Source of the DNA: an uncultured Candidatus Saccharibacteria bacterium
GTDB lineage: Bacteria; Patescibacteriota; Minisyncoccia; Phycocordibacterales; PALSA-1337
Length of the DNA stretch: 64,000 bases
Direction: 5' to 3'
NCBI GenBank assembly: GCA_964406895.1
Contig: CAYOTK010000003.1
Coordinates: 9,529 to 73,528, forward strand
In this document: positions 28,171 through 38,564 of the stretch, one piece after another
Layout: each line of letters begins with the position of its first letter
How positions within the stretch are numbered: the stretch's first letter is position 1
Translations under genes and position numbers: made by a program
The notes under the pieces: model-generated
Seen by the model: only the letters and a program-made list of their open reading frames with translations
Databases searched by the model: none
Told to the model about the DNA's origin: nothing

Positions 28171-29553
28171 TTATTTTGATTCGAATTCTCCGAAATCGGC
28201 CTTGTCTATGCTGAGGAATGTTGTCTTCTTGCTATCAAAGTATAGTTTGACGGTGCCAGTCGGACCATTTCTGTGTTTTTCAATGAGTAGTTCGGCTTCT
28301 TCTTTGCGTCCGCCACCTTCTTGGTCTGGTTCTCGGTGAATAAAGATAACCAGATCAGCGTCCTGTTCGATAGAGCCAGAATCACGCAAGTCAGAGAGTC
28401 GAGGTTTGCCACCACGTTGCTCTACAGCACGGCTTAGCTGTGACAAAGCTAACACTGGAACTTCGAGTTCGCGAGCGAGATTCTTGAGAGAACGGGATAT
28501 TTCTGTAACTTGCTGGACTAAATTATCACTGCCACGGGTGTTGGTAGGAACCATGAGCTGTAGATAGTCCACAACTATGAGTCCAAGGCCTTTTTCGTTT
28601 TTGAGGCGTCTTGCTACTGAACGCATTTTGAGAATATTGTTACCCGCCTGATCATCAATGTATATGGGAGCATCAGAAAGCTTGCCTATAGCCTCACCAA
28701 TCGCTTTAAAATCGTGTTCAACGGACAAATTGTGGCCAGTACGGAGCTTCCATGCGTCGACTTGGGATTCGGCTGATAGCATGCGGTCTACGAGTTGCTG
28801 GGCGCTCATTTCTAGGGAAAATATCGCAGTCGGAACACGGTGATTGATAGCGGCCTTGCGTACAATATCAAGGGCAAGAGAAGTTTTACCCATAGAAGGT
28901 CTTGCGGCCAAAATGATAAGGTCGGATTTTTGGAGGCCAGAAAGTTTGTTGTCTAGATCTGTGAATCCAGTCGGCACTCCACGAAGTTGATCTTTTGTTT
29001 TGTGTAGATGATCAAGTCTTTCCCATGCTTCACCCAAAGCGTCTTTTAGGGCTATGAATTTGTTGGAACCTGTTTTGTTTGTCACAGAGTACAGTGATTT
29101 TTCGGCTTTCTCGAGAATGTCGTGCAGATCGGCCTCTTCGTCATAACCCAAGCTCATTATGTTTTCTGCGGAACGAAGGAGTTCGCGCATTATGTGCTTT
29201 TTCTCAACAATATCTGCATAGTGATCTGCATTTGTTGAAGAGGGGACTGTATTTATGAGTTCTGATAGATATGTCATGCCGCCGACTTGGTCTAGGAGAT
29301 TTTTTTCTTTGAGCCTAGAAGAAACAGAAAGTATGTCGATAGGGGAATTCTTGGAGTGAAGTTCGAACAATACTGACCAGACCATTTTGTTTGGACTGGA
29401 ATAGAAAACTGATTCATTGATCCTGTCTGATATATCATGCATGACTTCTCCTCGAATCATGACAGATCCAAGAAGAGCCTTTTCTGCTTCTACACTATGC
29501 GGAGGTATTTTCAGGTCTTTATTTTTGAAATATGGTGACGAGATATTATTCAT
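28171..29553 (-). CDS. dnaB: replicative DNA helicase
   Basis: PPHSVEAE, AARPSMGKT, VDYLQL, SQLSR, DLRDSGSIEQDAD, KHRNGPTG. Confidence 0.97.
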   Translation of the reverse strand: MNNISSPYFKNKDLKIPPHSVEAEKALLGSVMIRGEVMHDISDRINESVFYSSPNKMVWSVLFELHSKNSPIDILSVSSRLKEKNLLDQVGGMTYLSELINTVPSSTNADHYADIVEKKHIMRELLRSAENIMSLGYDEEADLHDILEKAEKSLYSVTNKTGSNKFIALKDALGEAWERLDHLHKTKDQLRGVPTGFTDLDNKLSGLQKSDLIILAARPSMGKTSLALDIVRKAAINHRVPTAIFSLEMSAQQLVDRMLSAESQVDAWKLRTGHNLSVEHDFKAIGEAIGKLSDAPIYIDDQAGNNILKMRSVARRLKNEKGLGLIVVDYLQLMVPTNTRGSDNLVQQVTEISRSLKNLARELEVPVLALSQLSRAVEQRGGKPRLSDLRDSGSIEQDADLVIFIHREPDQEGGGRKEEAELLIEKHRNGPTGTVKLYFDSKKTTFLSIDKADFGEFESK

Positions 29554-29725
29554 GTAGATATTGTAGCACGCATAAAATTTCGCAAATCAAAGTAAAACAA
29601 AAAAGGGTGGAAAACGTGGGGAAAAAGTAAAGTCTTTAATAAATCTTTAGGAAAAATTTATAAAATCTTTAACTGCAACTTGATAATGTGTATGTGTAAA
29701 GTATTACAAATTAATTAATAATTAC

Positions 29726-29989
29726 ATGTCATTAGAACCAAAAGATTTGGAATTAGTAGAAAGAATTGTTTATAAAAATGCCGATGATATTGCCGTGTCA
29801 ATATCGAGAAGCTTCGAGCGTTTGGAGGAACGATTAGATGGTGCAGAATCACGTATATATTCTAGGATATCTGATCTAGAAAATTACGTAGACAACATGA
29901 AGCAAGAACTTATAGATATGGTCGCAGATTTCAAGGATGAGATGAGAGCAATGAGAGTTGTACAAGAAGAAGAGTACGAAGAGGCTTGA
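29726..29989 (+). CDS. small acidic coiled-coil hypothetical protein
   Basis: 87-aa ORF with a heptad-like pattern. Confidence 0.65.
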   Translation: MSLEPKDLELVERIVYKNADDIAVSISRSFERLEERLDGAESRIYSRISDLENYVDNMKQELIDMVADFKDEMRAMRVVQEEEYEEA

Positions 29990-31393
29990 TTACTTCCTGA
30001 CTATTATTACACCTTGAGAACTATCTCTTATTTCGAAACCTCTATCTTCTATTTCTTGTCTTAAGGCGTCTGCTTTGTCCCATTCTTTGTTTTTTCGAGC
30101 TTCTTCACGCGCTTCACTTAGTGCTGTTATTTCTTCAGGTACTTTCTCAATTTCTGATTGAGTATTGGATACCGACATTTTCTCAAGATCTAGTCCGAGC
30201 ACGCGGTCGAAATCTATAATAGTGGCTCTTTTGTCAGCATCTGAATGTTTTGAATCTTTGATTATTTCCCAGATCAGAGCCAAAGCTTTCGCGGTATCCA
30301 AATCATCGTTTATATATTCTAGGAATTGATCTCTGTATTCTGTGATCACCTTTCCATTCTCTGGATATGAAGAGACAATGCCTATCAGTCTGATCAATGC
30401 TGTCTGAGATGCGCGAACTGCATCATATGAGAAATTAATTGGCGATCTATAGTGGGCGGTCAGTAGCCAGTATCTGTATGATAGGGGAGAGATTTTCTCA
30501 TCTTCTCTAAGTGTTTCAATTGTGATGAAATTGTTTGCTGACTTTGCCATTTTGCCGTCATTTATATTTACGAATGCATTGTGCATCCATATGTTTGCAA
30601 GAGGTTTGTCATATGCGGCTTGTGATTGTGCAATTTCATTGTTGTGATGTACGGGAATATGATCTATTCCACCTGTATGAATATCGAAAGGTTGACCCAA
30701 GTATTTTTTTGCCATAGCTGAACACTCTATGTGCCATCCAGGGAAACCTTTGCCCCAAGGGCTTTCCCAGCCGATTTTATTATCGAATTTCCAAAGAATA
30801 AAATCCAGATGATTTTTTTTGCCAGAAATTGGTTTGACTCTTGCGAATTCTTCATTCCATTTGAGTTTATCTTTGCCGCCTACAATTGCACCATATTCAG
30901 AGAATTTATCAGTATCGAAATATATGCCGTTTTCTGCTTTGTAAGTGAAGCCGTTTTGCTCTAGTTTTCCTATTAATTCTATGTCTTCTGTTATGTGCTC
31001 ACTGGCTCTCGGGAAATAATGTGGAGTCTCGATCTTGAGTTCATTCAGGTCTGATTTGAAAATTTCGAAATATTTTGTTGCCAAATCATACATGGCCTCC
31101 ATGGAAAGAGGCTTATTTTCTCTGATCAAAGCTTTTGTCATTTTGTCTTCACCTAGATCTCCATCGCTTACAAGGTGTCCAATGTCAGTAATATTTATAA
31201 CTTGCTTGATCTTATAGTTATTGAACTCCATAACTCTGCGCAAAGTATCAGCGAAAACATATGATCTCAAATTGCCTATATGAGCTCGGTCGTACACTGT
31301 TGGTCCGCAATGATACATATAAACTGCACCTTTGTGTATAGGCTCAAAGACTTCTGTTTTTCTCGAAAGAGTATTGTAGAGTTTTATGGACAT
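29990..31393 (-). CDS. cysS: cysteine--tRNA ligase
   Basis: CGPTVYDRAHIGN, PGWHIECSAM, GKMAKS; start MSIKLYNTL. Confidence 0.97.
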   Translation of the reverse strand: MSIKLYNTLSRKTEVFEPIHKGAVYMYHCGPTVYDRAHIGNLRSYVFADTLRRVMEFNNYKIKQVINITDIGHLVSDGDLGEDKMTKALIRENKPLSMEAMYDLATKYFEIFKSDLNELKIETPHYFPRASEHITEDIELIGKLEQNGFTYKAENGIYFDTDKFSEYGAIVGGKDKLKWNEEFARVKPISGKKNHLDFILWKFDNKIGWESPWGKGFPGWHIECSAMAKKYLGQPFDIHTGGIDHIPVHHNNEIAQSQAAYDKPLANIWMHNAFVNINDGKMAKSANNFITIETLREDEKISPLSYRYWLLTAHYRSPINFSYDAVRASQTALIRLIGIVSSYPENGKVITEYRDQFLEYINDDLDTAKALALIWEIIKDSKHSDADKRATIIDFDRVLGLDLEKMSVSNTQSEIEKVPEEITALSEAREEARKNKEWDKADALRQEIEDRGFEIRDSSQGVIIVRK

Positions 31394-31401
31394 TTTGGAA
31401 T

Positions 31402-32331
31402 TTAGTTGACCCAGCGCTTCTTCTTGAAAACCCACCAAATACATACTGCTACCAAGGCCATGATGAACATTATTACGCCCCAGCCGCTCGGACTTTCAAT
31501 AAACGGCACTTTGCTCGCTGGAATAGTGAATATGGCTGCAATGAATGTTAAAGGGTAGAAAATAAAAGCAACCAAAGTCAGAACTTTGATGATTTCGTTT
31601 TGTTTGGTGTCTAGAAGGGAATTGTTTGTTTCTCGCAAATCTATGAGAAGTTCGGATGAATTTGTGATCAATTCACGGGTTCTGTTGAACTCATTTTCTA
31701 TGTCTTTTATGTAGGTTTCGAAATCCTTATCGAAAACAGGATGATCTGCGTGTGTAAGCATATCTATCCACACATCTCTGTGAACTCTGGCTGTTTGCTT
31801 GAAGTCTATCAATTCACGACTAATATATGACAAAACTTCAACCATCTTTCTTTCATCTCCATTGAATATTCTCGTTTCAGAACTTACTAGAGCGTCCTCA
31901 ATATTCTTCAGGTCGTCTCGCATACCTTGGTAAAATCTTTTGACCATGAAGTAGAAAAGTTTGCACGCGCTCTCTGTTCTTTCTTCTTTGCTCAATATAT
32001 TGTTGGCCTCGAAAATTTTGGAGAAATATTCGAGCTGATCTACAGCCTCGTATCTGGAAGTAATAAGAAAATTCTTGCCGATAACGAAGTCTATTTCTCG
32101 TTCTGAAATTATATAATCTCCGCTTTCATTCTTGGTGCGAACTGGCAAGGTAAGTACAACCAATACATAGTCCTTGAAGAAATTGATTTTGGCCATAGAA
32201 GTAGAATTTTTGAGTTCTTCTCCTACCAGCGAGTGCAAATTGTATCTTTGTAATACTGAAGAAATTTCAGAGTCGTCTGGAGATTCCATGTCTATCCAAA
32301 CTACTCCTTTGGAGGAATGTGTTTTTGTCAT
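31402..32331 (-). CDS. CorA-family divalent cation transporter
   Basis: WIDMESP, QNEIIKVLT...PLTFIA, two C-terminal TMs, FKKKRW; GMN motif absent. Confidence 0.82.
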   Translation of the reverse strand: MTKTHSSKGVVWIDMESPDDSEISSVLQRYNLHSLVGEELKNSTSMAKINFFKDYVLVVLTLPVRTKNESGDYIISEREIDFVIGKNFLITSRYEAVDQLEYFSKIFEANNILSKEERTESACKLFYFMVKRFYQGMRDDLKNIEDALVSSETRIFNGDERKMVEVLSYISRELIDFKQTARVHRDVWIDMLTHADHPVFDKDFETYIKDIENEFNRTRELITNSSELLIDLRETNNSLLDTKQNEIIKVLTLVAFIFYPLTFIAAIFTIPASKVPFIESPSGWGVIMFIMALVAVCIWWVFKKKRWVN

Positions 32332-32394
32332 GACCATATTATATCTATATGCGTCCAGAATGACAATCATATCGGCATATGTAATAATGGTTGC

Positions 32395-33594
32395 ATGAAA
32401 TATGAAGACAAAAAACTTTCGCTTTTGCTCGTCGGCTTGCCACTTATCATAGTTGCTTTCTTTCTAGGCATGTATTACGGCAAAGAAAACAAAACCATTA
32501 CAAATGGCGTAGAATTAACCAATTCAGATATTGTTACTGTCGATCAATTCGCCAATTATTGGCGTGCTTGGAAAATTCTAGACGATAAATATGTTTCTTC
32601 TGCCAGCACTACTCCACAAGACAAGATCTGGGGTTCTATCAAGGGCTTAGCTTCTTCGTATGGGGATCCATATACAGTATTTTTCCCTCCTGTTGAGGCC
32701 AAAATGTTCCAAGAAGACATATCAGGCAATTTCGAGGGTGTTGGTATGGAGCTTGGTATCAAAAACAATCAGCTTACAGTCGTTGCGCCTATCAAGAATA
32801 GTCCTGCTTGGAAGGCGGGCGTTAAGGCGGGAGACATAATAGTCAAGATCAACGACAAGAGCGCATACGACATGCCGGTTGATCAAGCAGTCAAACTCAT
32901 TCGTGGCGCAAAGGGTACTGTCGTTAAGATTACATTCTTGCCAGTAGGTACGACGAAACAAATAGAGCGTTCACTTACTCGTGATGTTATTGATATCCCC
33001 ACTTTGGAAACATCTTCAAAGCCAGGTGGTATATTCGTTATCAAACTATACAGCTTCACTGCTCAATCACCATTTCTATTTAGAAATGCTTTGAGAGACT
33101 TCGTACTTTCTGGTAATAACAAACTAATTCTTGATTTGCGCGGTAACCCAGGAGGTTATCTGGATGCAGCTTGGGATATGGCTTCTTGGTTCTTGCCGGC
33201 AGGGGATATAGTTGTTACTGAAGATTTCGGTAATAAGCAATCTTCCAAGGTATATAGGAGTAAGGGTTACAACATCTTTGGTTCCAAGCTCAAAATGATA
33301 ATACTAGTTGATTCTGGTTCTGCTTCTGCCTCAGAGATTCTGGCCGGTGCTTTGAGTGAGCAAGGTGTGGCTAAACTTGTTGGTACCAAGACGTTCGGCA
33401 AGGGTTCAGTCCAAGAATTAGTCAGCCTTACATCTGATACTTCTCTCAAGATAACTATCGCTCGTTGGCTCACTCCGAAAGGTCACAATTTGTCTCATGA
33501 TGGCTTGGTACCTGATGTAGTTGTGCCAGTCAATGACAAAGATGTTACCAAGGATGTCCAATTAGACAAAGCAGTTGAAATTTTAAGCAAATAA
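32395..33594 (+). CDS. ctpA: S41 carboxyl-terminal processing protease with PDZ domain
   Basis: DPYT, GVGME, DLRGNPGG, SASASEI, TFGKGSVQ. Confidence 0.93.
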   Translation: MKYEDKKLSLLLVGLPLIIVAFFLGMYYGKENKTITNGVELTNSDIVTVDQFANYWRAWKILDDKYVSSASTTPQDKIWGSIKGLASSYGDPYTVFFPPVEAKMFQEDISGNFEGVGMELGIKNNQLTVVAPIKNSPAWKAGVKAGDIIVKINDKSAYDMPVDQAVKLIRGAKGTVVKITFLPVGTTKQIERSLTRDVIDIPTLETSSKPGGIFVIKLYSFTAQSPFLFRNALRDFVLSGNNKLILDLRGNPGGYLDAAWDMASWFLPAGDIVVTEDFGNKQSSKVYRSKGYNIFGSKLKMIILVDSGSASASEILAGALSEQGVAKLVGTKTFGKGSVQELVSLTSDTSLKITIARWLTPKGHNLSHDGLVPDVVVPVNDKDVTKDVQLDKAVEILSK

Positions 33595-33630
33595 GATAAT
33601 ATCGAAGTATTAAACATAATATTCAAAAAC

Positions 33631-34074
33631 ATGAAGATAATTTTACTGAAAGATGTTGCGAAATTAGGAAGGAAATATGACGTCAAAGACGTGAATGAAG
33701 GCCATGCATTGAATTTCCTCATACCTCAAGGCTATGCGGTTTCTGCCACTCCTTCTGCTTTGAAGAAGTTAGAGACAGATAAGGTTAAAACAGAGATGGA
33801 AAGGCGTGTTCAAGAGGAACTATTAGCTAAGAATTTGAAAGAAATAGAAAATGTAACTTTGCAATTTGTTGGTAAAGCCAATGAAAAAGGTCATTTATTT
33901 GCTGGTATTCATGTAACAGAGATCGTTTCAGAATTGTCCAAGCAATTCAGATTGAATATTGATCCCTCCATTGTTGTATTGGAACACCCTATAAAAGAGG
34001 TTGGGGAACACACCGTCGAAATCAAGAATGGTAATAAGAATGTAAAACTCAATATTGTTATAAAAGGGGAGTAG
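33631..34074 (+). CDS. rplI: 50S ribosomal protein L9
   Basis: MKIILLKDVAKLG...GHALNFLIP. Confidence 0.96.
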   Translation: MKIILLKDVAKLGRKYDVKDVNEGHALNFLIPQGYAVSATPSALKKLETDKVKTEMERRVQEELLAKNLKEIENVTLQFVGKANEKGHLFAGIHVTEIVSELSKQFRLNIDPSIVVLEHPIKEVGEHTVEIKNGNKNVKLNIVIKGE

Positions 34075-34081
34075 TATAAAC

Positions 34082-34114
34082 AAAAAACCCCTCGACAAGC
34101 TCGAGGGGTTTTTT
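34082..34114. terminator. bidirectional terminator between rplI and rpmA
   Basis: AAAAAACCCCTCGA-CAAGC-TCGAGGGGTTTTTT. Confidence 0.85.
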
Positions 34115-34127
34115 GTTTGTTGATTTA

Positions 34128-34400
34128 TTATTTTACGTGAACAATCTTCTTTCTGTCTATGTCATTATTGAAACTTGTCTTTCTTTTTGTCGAGAATTCG
34201 ACTACGCCGTTCTTGAGAGCAAAAAGCGTATAGTCTTTACCTGTTCCTACGTTCTTGCCAGGTAGAACTGTTGTGCCTCGTTGGCGAACTATGATCTGTC
34301 CAACTGTGATTTTCTGGCCATGATTAATCTTAACTCCAAGATATTTTGGGTTTGAATCTCTTCCGTTTTTGGTTGTACCTGCCGCTTTCTTATGTGCCAT
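34128..34400 (-). CDS. rpmA: 50S ribosomal protein L27
   Basis: [21 protein letters not shown]. Confidence 0.97.
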   Translation of the reverse strand: MAHKKAAGTTKNGRDSNPKYLGVKINHGQKITVGQIIVRQRGTTVLPGKNVGTGKDYTLFALKNGVVEFSTKRKTSFNNDIDRKKIVHVK

Positions 34401-34583
34401 ATAAGTAAAATATGATTGTTAGTGACTGAAAGCATAACATTTGCAATGAAATTATGCAAGGTGGTGTACTATTGCATTAAATCGATATTTCTCTCAAGAC
34501 TCACAACATTTATGTTTTGAATCTAGTTGAGTGCCCCACATTGCTGTGAGGCCGAGATTACTTCAATCTCGAAAGTGATTGGG

Positions 34584-35285
34584 TTAACTTCCAGTTGACG
34601 CTCTCGTCGCCTTGTCTTTTGCGAGTTCAGCCGCTGCTTGCCTGTAGATTTCTCCTTTATCGAGCGTCAAACCGAAGTCAATCGTGGCTGTGTTCCAGAT
34701 TCGATCAAATGCGTTCTCGCAATGTCCGATCCAGTTGCCAGCGTGAATCACGCTGTGGCGAGCCACATTCGGTACGACCCTAATTGACTCGAATTCGTCT
34801 TGTGCTGCGAGAACTCTGTAGGCAGCACTGATGAGTCGTTGCGAGACCGTCGATTCACCGAGTCCGTCCCAGTAGGGATTTCCTTGACCGAGGAAGTTGA
34901 GCGAACCAACTGACTCACGGAGTCGGGCGAACATTTCTTCGCAGGTCTCGACTTTTTCCCTTGCGGCTTGGTTTTTGTTTTCTAAACGATCAAGCCATTT
35001 GAGACACGCAAACGACATGGAGCCAATCACTACGACCCAAGGAACGCCATAGGTGCCGTGGGAAGTAATAGCAATTACCAACATTGCCGCGGTGAGACCG
35101 TAAAGCAATAATAGGATACGGTTGCTTTTTTTACAGTTTCGACTAACCTGATTAATAGCTACGTTTCTTTCTTGCGCGGCCTTAATCAAGCTGTGACCCT
35201 GGTTCACCTTGTTCTCCCACTTCAAGCGGAGACTCTCCGAGACGACACGCATCAAGCACTCGATTTCTTCGTTACTAATTTTCAT
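34584..35285 (-). CDS. two-TM hypothetical protein, GC-richer orphan
   Basis: Long ORF with a central TM hairpin; TTGACA-18-TATAAT at 35400-35429; start could be 35306. Confidence 0.7.
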   Translation of the reverse strand: MKISNEEIECLMRVVSESLRLKWENKVNQGHSLIKAAQERNVAINQVSRNCKKSNRILLLLYGLTAAMLVIAITSHGTYGVPWVVVIGSMSFACLKWLDRLENKNQAAREKVETCEEMFARLRESVGSLNFLGQGNPYWDGLGESTVSQRLISAAYRVLAAQDEFESIRVVPNVARHSVIHAGNWIGHCENAFDRIWNTATIDFGLTLDKGEIYRQAAAELAKDKATRASTGS

Positions 35286-35561
35286 GGATCTTTCTTTCAA
35301 TGCCATTTTAGACCATGGGGTTGTAGCCCATCTCTACAAGCTTGTGACCTGTAGAAATACTTCATGCAGTCTAGAACAGTTGGCGGCTATTCTTACATAA
35401 TTATACTATACATGTGTCGACAATGTCAATATTATGTACAGTTAACCATATGGGGTGATGTTCGATTAACCTTTTGGTATAATAATAATAAATCACGCGT
35501 GTTCATATAAAAAGAAGAGGCCAGAGGTTAGTCCGGCTTCTCTGTGTATTCGGTTCCTTAG

Positions 35562-35804
35562 TTACTCTTCACGAGACAATCCGAAGTCGCGACGTCGCTT
35601 GTTTCTGCGCATCTCAGTGACCGAATCGCTTATGCCCGCTACTTCGCTGAATCCACCTCTACAAAGGTGGTGTTGCTCGTGCGGAGGGCCATGATGGTGC
35701 CAACACCTTTTTTCATCGGTAAGCGCCGCTGAAGAAATTATTTCGAGGTGTTTCCGGGTGGGCTTAAGCCCCTCGAGATAAAGACCTATTAAATGTTTTA
35801 GCAT
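35562..35804 (-). CDS. small hypothetical protein with a His/Cys patch
   Basis: 80-aa ORF with TTGACA upstream and a hairpin/T tract downstream. Confidence 0.4.
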   Translation of the reverse strand: MLKHLIGLYLEGLKPTRKHLEIISSAALTDEKRCWHHHGPPHEQHHLCRGGFSEVAGISDSVTEMRRNKRRRDFGLSREE

Positions 35805-36113
35805 ATTTTCATGATTATAGTACTATGAATAAGTATAGTATGTCAACTTTTGGTAATAAAACATTCTGTATGTAATTAATACGTATAATGCATCGTCTCG
35901 TCATAATTTAAGAGTCATTTCTACCAATCCAGTCCTCATTTTTTGCAGTATGGTCATAATAAATGGCTTAAAATAAGGGTATTTTGGGTCAAAAATATGG
36001 CTCTATATAAGGGTTTTGGGGGTGTAGACCCATTGACAGGGAAGTGCAAATCTGCTACACTTATTGCACAATGAGTTAGTGAGCGTCATGCTTACAAAAC
36101 TCGTTTTTAATTT

Positions 36114-36578
36114 ATGACAGAACTTACAACTGGTGTAGTGTTCCTTATGTCTTCGCTATATGGTGCCGGTCAAGTAAATGCTACAGCAAATGCCACCGTT
36201 ATTCCTACAGCAACAGACAAACAGGGCATTGAATCTGTTACAGAAAAGGACTTCAATGATTCGAAAGTAGTTGAACAGTACGTTAAAAAAGAATATGCAA
36301 GCGAACCTCTTCTTATAGAAATTGCCAGATGTGAATCTACTTTCCGTCAGTATGACAAGGATGGTACGGTTATACGTGGTAAGGTCAATAAGAACGACGT
36401 TGGCATAATGCAAATTAACGAAAAGTATCACGGCGAGACAGCGGCCAATCATGGTTATGATATATATACCGTGAAGGGTAATCTAGACTTCGCCAAATAC
36501 CTTTATGAGAAATATGGTGCTTCACCATGGTCAGCTTCGGCCAAATGTTGGTCAGGAGGTGATGTTGCGATGAAGTAA
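36114..36578 (+). CDS. lysozyme-like/lytic transglycosylase (SLT-like) secreted protein
   Basis: IARCES catalytic Glu, GIMQIN, GASPW; promoter TTGACA-17-TACACT at 36033-36061. Confidence 0.8.
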   Translation: MTELTTGVVFLMSSLYGAGQVNATANATVIPTATDKQGIESVTEKDFNDSKVVEQYVKKEYASEPLLIEIARCESTFRQYDKDGTVIRGKVNKNDVGIMQINEKYHGETAANHGYDIYTVKGNLDFAKYLYEKYGASPWSASAKCWSGGDVAMK

Positions 36579-36615
36579 TCACTTCTCAAGGTATTGCATA
36601 CACTCAACTAATATA

Positions 36616-36653
36616 ACCAAAAAACCCGCAGAGAGATCTGTGGGTTTTTTGGT
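36616..36653. terminator. bidirectional terminator
   Basis: ACCAAAAAACCCGCAGA-GAGA-TCTGTGGGTTTTTTGGT. Confidence 0.85.
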
Positions 36654-36747
36654 GTGTACTTGGCTGTAGAAACGTTAGCAACCATGCACATTTAGCAAGC
36701 AGAGGAGGGTGTGACATTTTCTAGTTGTTTTTTATTCATGAATAGAA

Positions 36748-36954
36748 TTATACAATATCTTCAAGTAACTTCTTAGCAACATCCCACTTAGGAGATTTGT
36801 GTTCATTCATGTATTTTGCGAGTAATTCCTGAGATTCTTTTCGAAATAATTCCACCACTTCTATTTCGGGGAATATCTCCTTATATCCAACAGGTAATGC
36901 TTTTTTATCAATTGCTTTTATTGAACCTGTGAAATTATCCGGCAAAGCATACAC
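36748..36954 (-). pseudogene. probable C-terminal gene remnant
   Basis: GTG start two codons after an in-frame stop; reads like a protein C-terminus; lies in the decayed island. Confidence 0.35.
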
Positions 36955-37003
36955 AATTTAAGAACTAGAACAACATATCCTTTTTGTTTATTTTGCATAA
37001 TAT

Positions 37004-37246
37004 TTATTTAAATGTTGAATAAATTATATTGATTAATCCTGAAAAAATGACAAGAAAAGCGACAATTACTAATGGACAGAAGAAGCTCCACCACATCCGC
37101 TTTTTATCCTTCTTTTTAAGGATTGGATCATCTTGATCCGATGCCTTTACAGCAAAAACAATACCGAGAATTATTCCGATTGGAAGCAACAAAGCGAGTG
37201 ATAATCCTATACCTGTGTATGTAATTACATTGATTATTGGCATCAT
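37004..37246 (-). CDS. small two-TM membrane protein
   Basis: Two hydrophobic helices separated by a basic loop. Confidence 0.6.
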   Translation of the reverse strand: MMPIINVITYTGIGLSLALLLPIGIILGIVFAVKASDQDDPILKKKDKKRMWWSFFCPLVIVAFLVIFSGLINIIYSTFK

Positions 37247-37251
37247 GATAT

Positions 37252-38112
37252 TTACTGTGAACCTCGCAATTTTGCCTGATACTGGATTGCGGCCAACTTA
37301 CAGATTTGTTGCGCCTTGTTGTTATCACTAACTAGATCACAACGGTTAAAAACAGCGTAACAAGTGACTTTTCCTTTGTCTCCATTCATGAGCGAACATG
37401 TATTTACGTCTAACGGTCGTGAATCCGAAAGAAGAGGTGTGCTAGTGCCTATTAGGTTAGGATTGCTCGAAAGTGTAATTATAAATATAAGACATTTATT
37501 TTGTTGATCAGCAGATAAAGACTGACAATAAGCCAAGGCCTGGTCAGTAGTCTTTCCTTGGAGTGTTTTCATAAGCTGGACTGTCTGCTTTCCTTCAGAA
37601 ATACCTTTAGAAATTCCAGTACCCAATCCGATAACTAAAGGACCGATAATGCCAAGAATGAGTAAAATTACTACGATAACGACAAAATGTTTGTCGACTT
37701 TCTTGATCGACAGATTCTCTCGATCAATTGATCCGGTAACAAAGTAGTCTTTAATTTTGAGAAAATACCACAAAATTACGGCGTCAATCAGAATTGAAAA
37801 AATATTTGAGGAAATAGTCTGATATGGAATAAAGATGAAAACTACTGACAAAATCAGATCTATTGTTAATAGTGCCATTACAACACGATACAAAGATTGA
37901 CCCGGTCTTCGGATAGTAATAAATAACAGGATATAGAAGACTAAGCCGAATATTTCGTACCCGATATGGAGAGGTGTGATTATTCCCGAAATACCCCATG
38001 AGCTACTTACTGCAATGACTCCGACAAACCCGACTATTGCCAGAATAGCTGCAATTATTGTTAAGACCTGTAATAATTTTAGTCCCAATGTCAATCTATT
38101 TTTTGGTTTCAT
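37252..38112 (-). CDS. multi-TM membrane protein with Cys-rich extracellular C-terminus
   Basis: Five TMs followed by spaced Cys pairs (YCQS...KC, TCS...TCY...RCD...IC). Confidence 0.75.
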   Translation of the reverse strand: MKPKNRLTLGLKLLQVLTIIAAILAIVGFVGVIAVSSSWGISGIITPLHIGYEIFGLVFYILLFITIRRPGQSLYRVVMALLTIDLILSVVFIFIPYQTISSNIFSILIDAVILWYFLKIKDYFVTGSIDRENLSIKKVDKHFVVIVVILLILGIIGPLVIGLGTGISKGISEGKQTVQLMKTLQGKTTDQALAYCQSLSADQQNKCLIFIITLSSNPNLIGTSTPLLSDSRPLDVNTCSLMNGDKGKVTCYAVFNRCDLVSDNNKAQQICKLAAIQYQAKLRGSQ

Positions 38113-38120
38113 ATTAATAA

Positions 38121-38258
38121 TTATTTTTTAATAAAATACTCAAAACTTTTGCTATATATCTTCGCAAACCGCTGGAGCTCAACAATATCAACTTTCTGTT
38201 GCCCGGATTCAATATTTGAAATATGCGATTGTGGTCGTCTTATATACTTAGCAAATTC
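38121..38258 (-). pseudogene. truncated XRE-family HTH regulator
   Basis: Frame reads EFAKYIRRPQSHISNIESGQQKVDIVELQRFAKIYSKSFEYFIKK*; no start codon before an upstream in-frame TAG. Confidence 0.7.
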
Positions 38259-38564
38259 AAATGGACTTGACCATAATAGTACAATGGTCTATCCAAATTA
38301 TCAATATTCAAAGGTTATGACACGTCAATTGGTTGTAGGGGAGTGTGCAGGAGGCCTTTGGCTGGTATTCGATCTTTTCTGAATCCATGAATTCGATATC
38401 AAGGAGTGGGGTTCTGATCGTTATCGGTTTCTTGAGACCTGGGGAAGTGAAGATGAAGAATAAGGAGGGAACAGAACTCGAACTAGCAAATTTTAACGAC
38501 TTTTAATGTTGGTAGGGAGGCCCTTACTAGCCGGGCTTTGCTCTCAAACCTCTGGGCCTATTGT

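Noticed and set aside
38317-38463. ATG-started frame interrupted by one TGA, suggesting code-25 or selenocysteine readthrough
   Set aside because: TGA is a genuine stop in ftsI and other genes here, and the peptide has no recognisable similarity.
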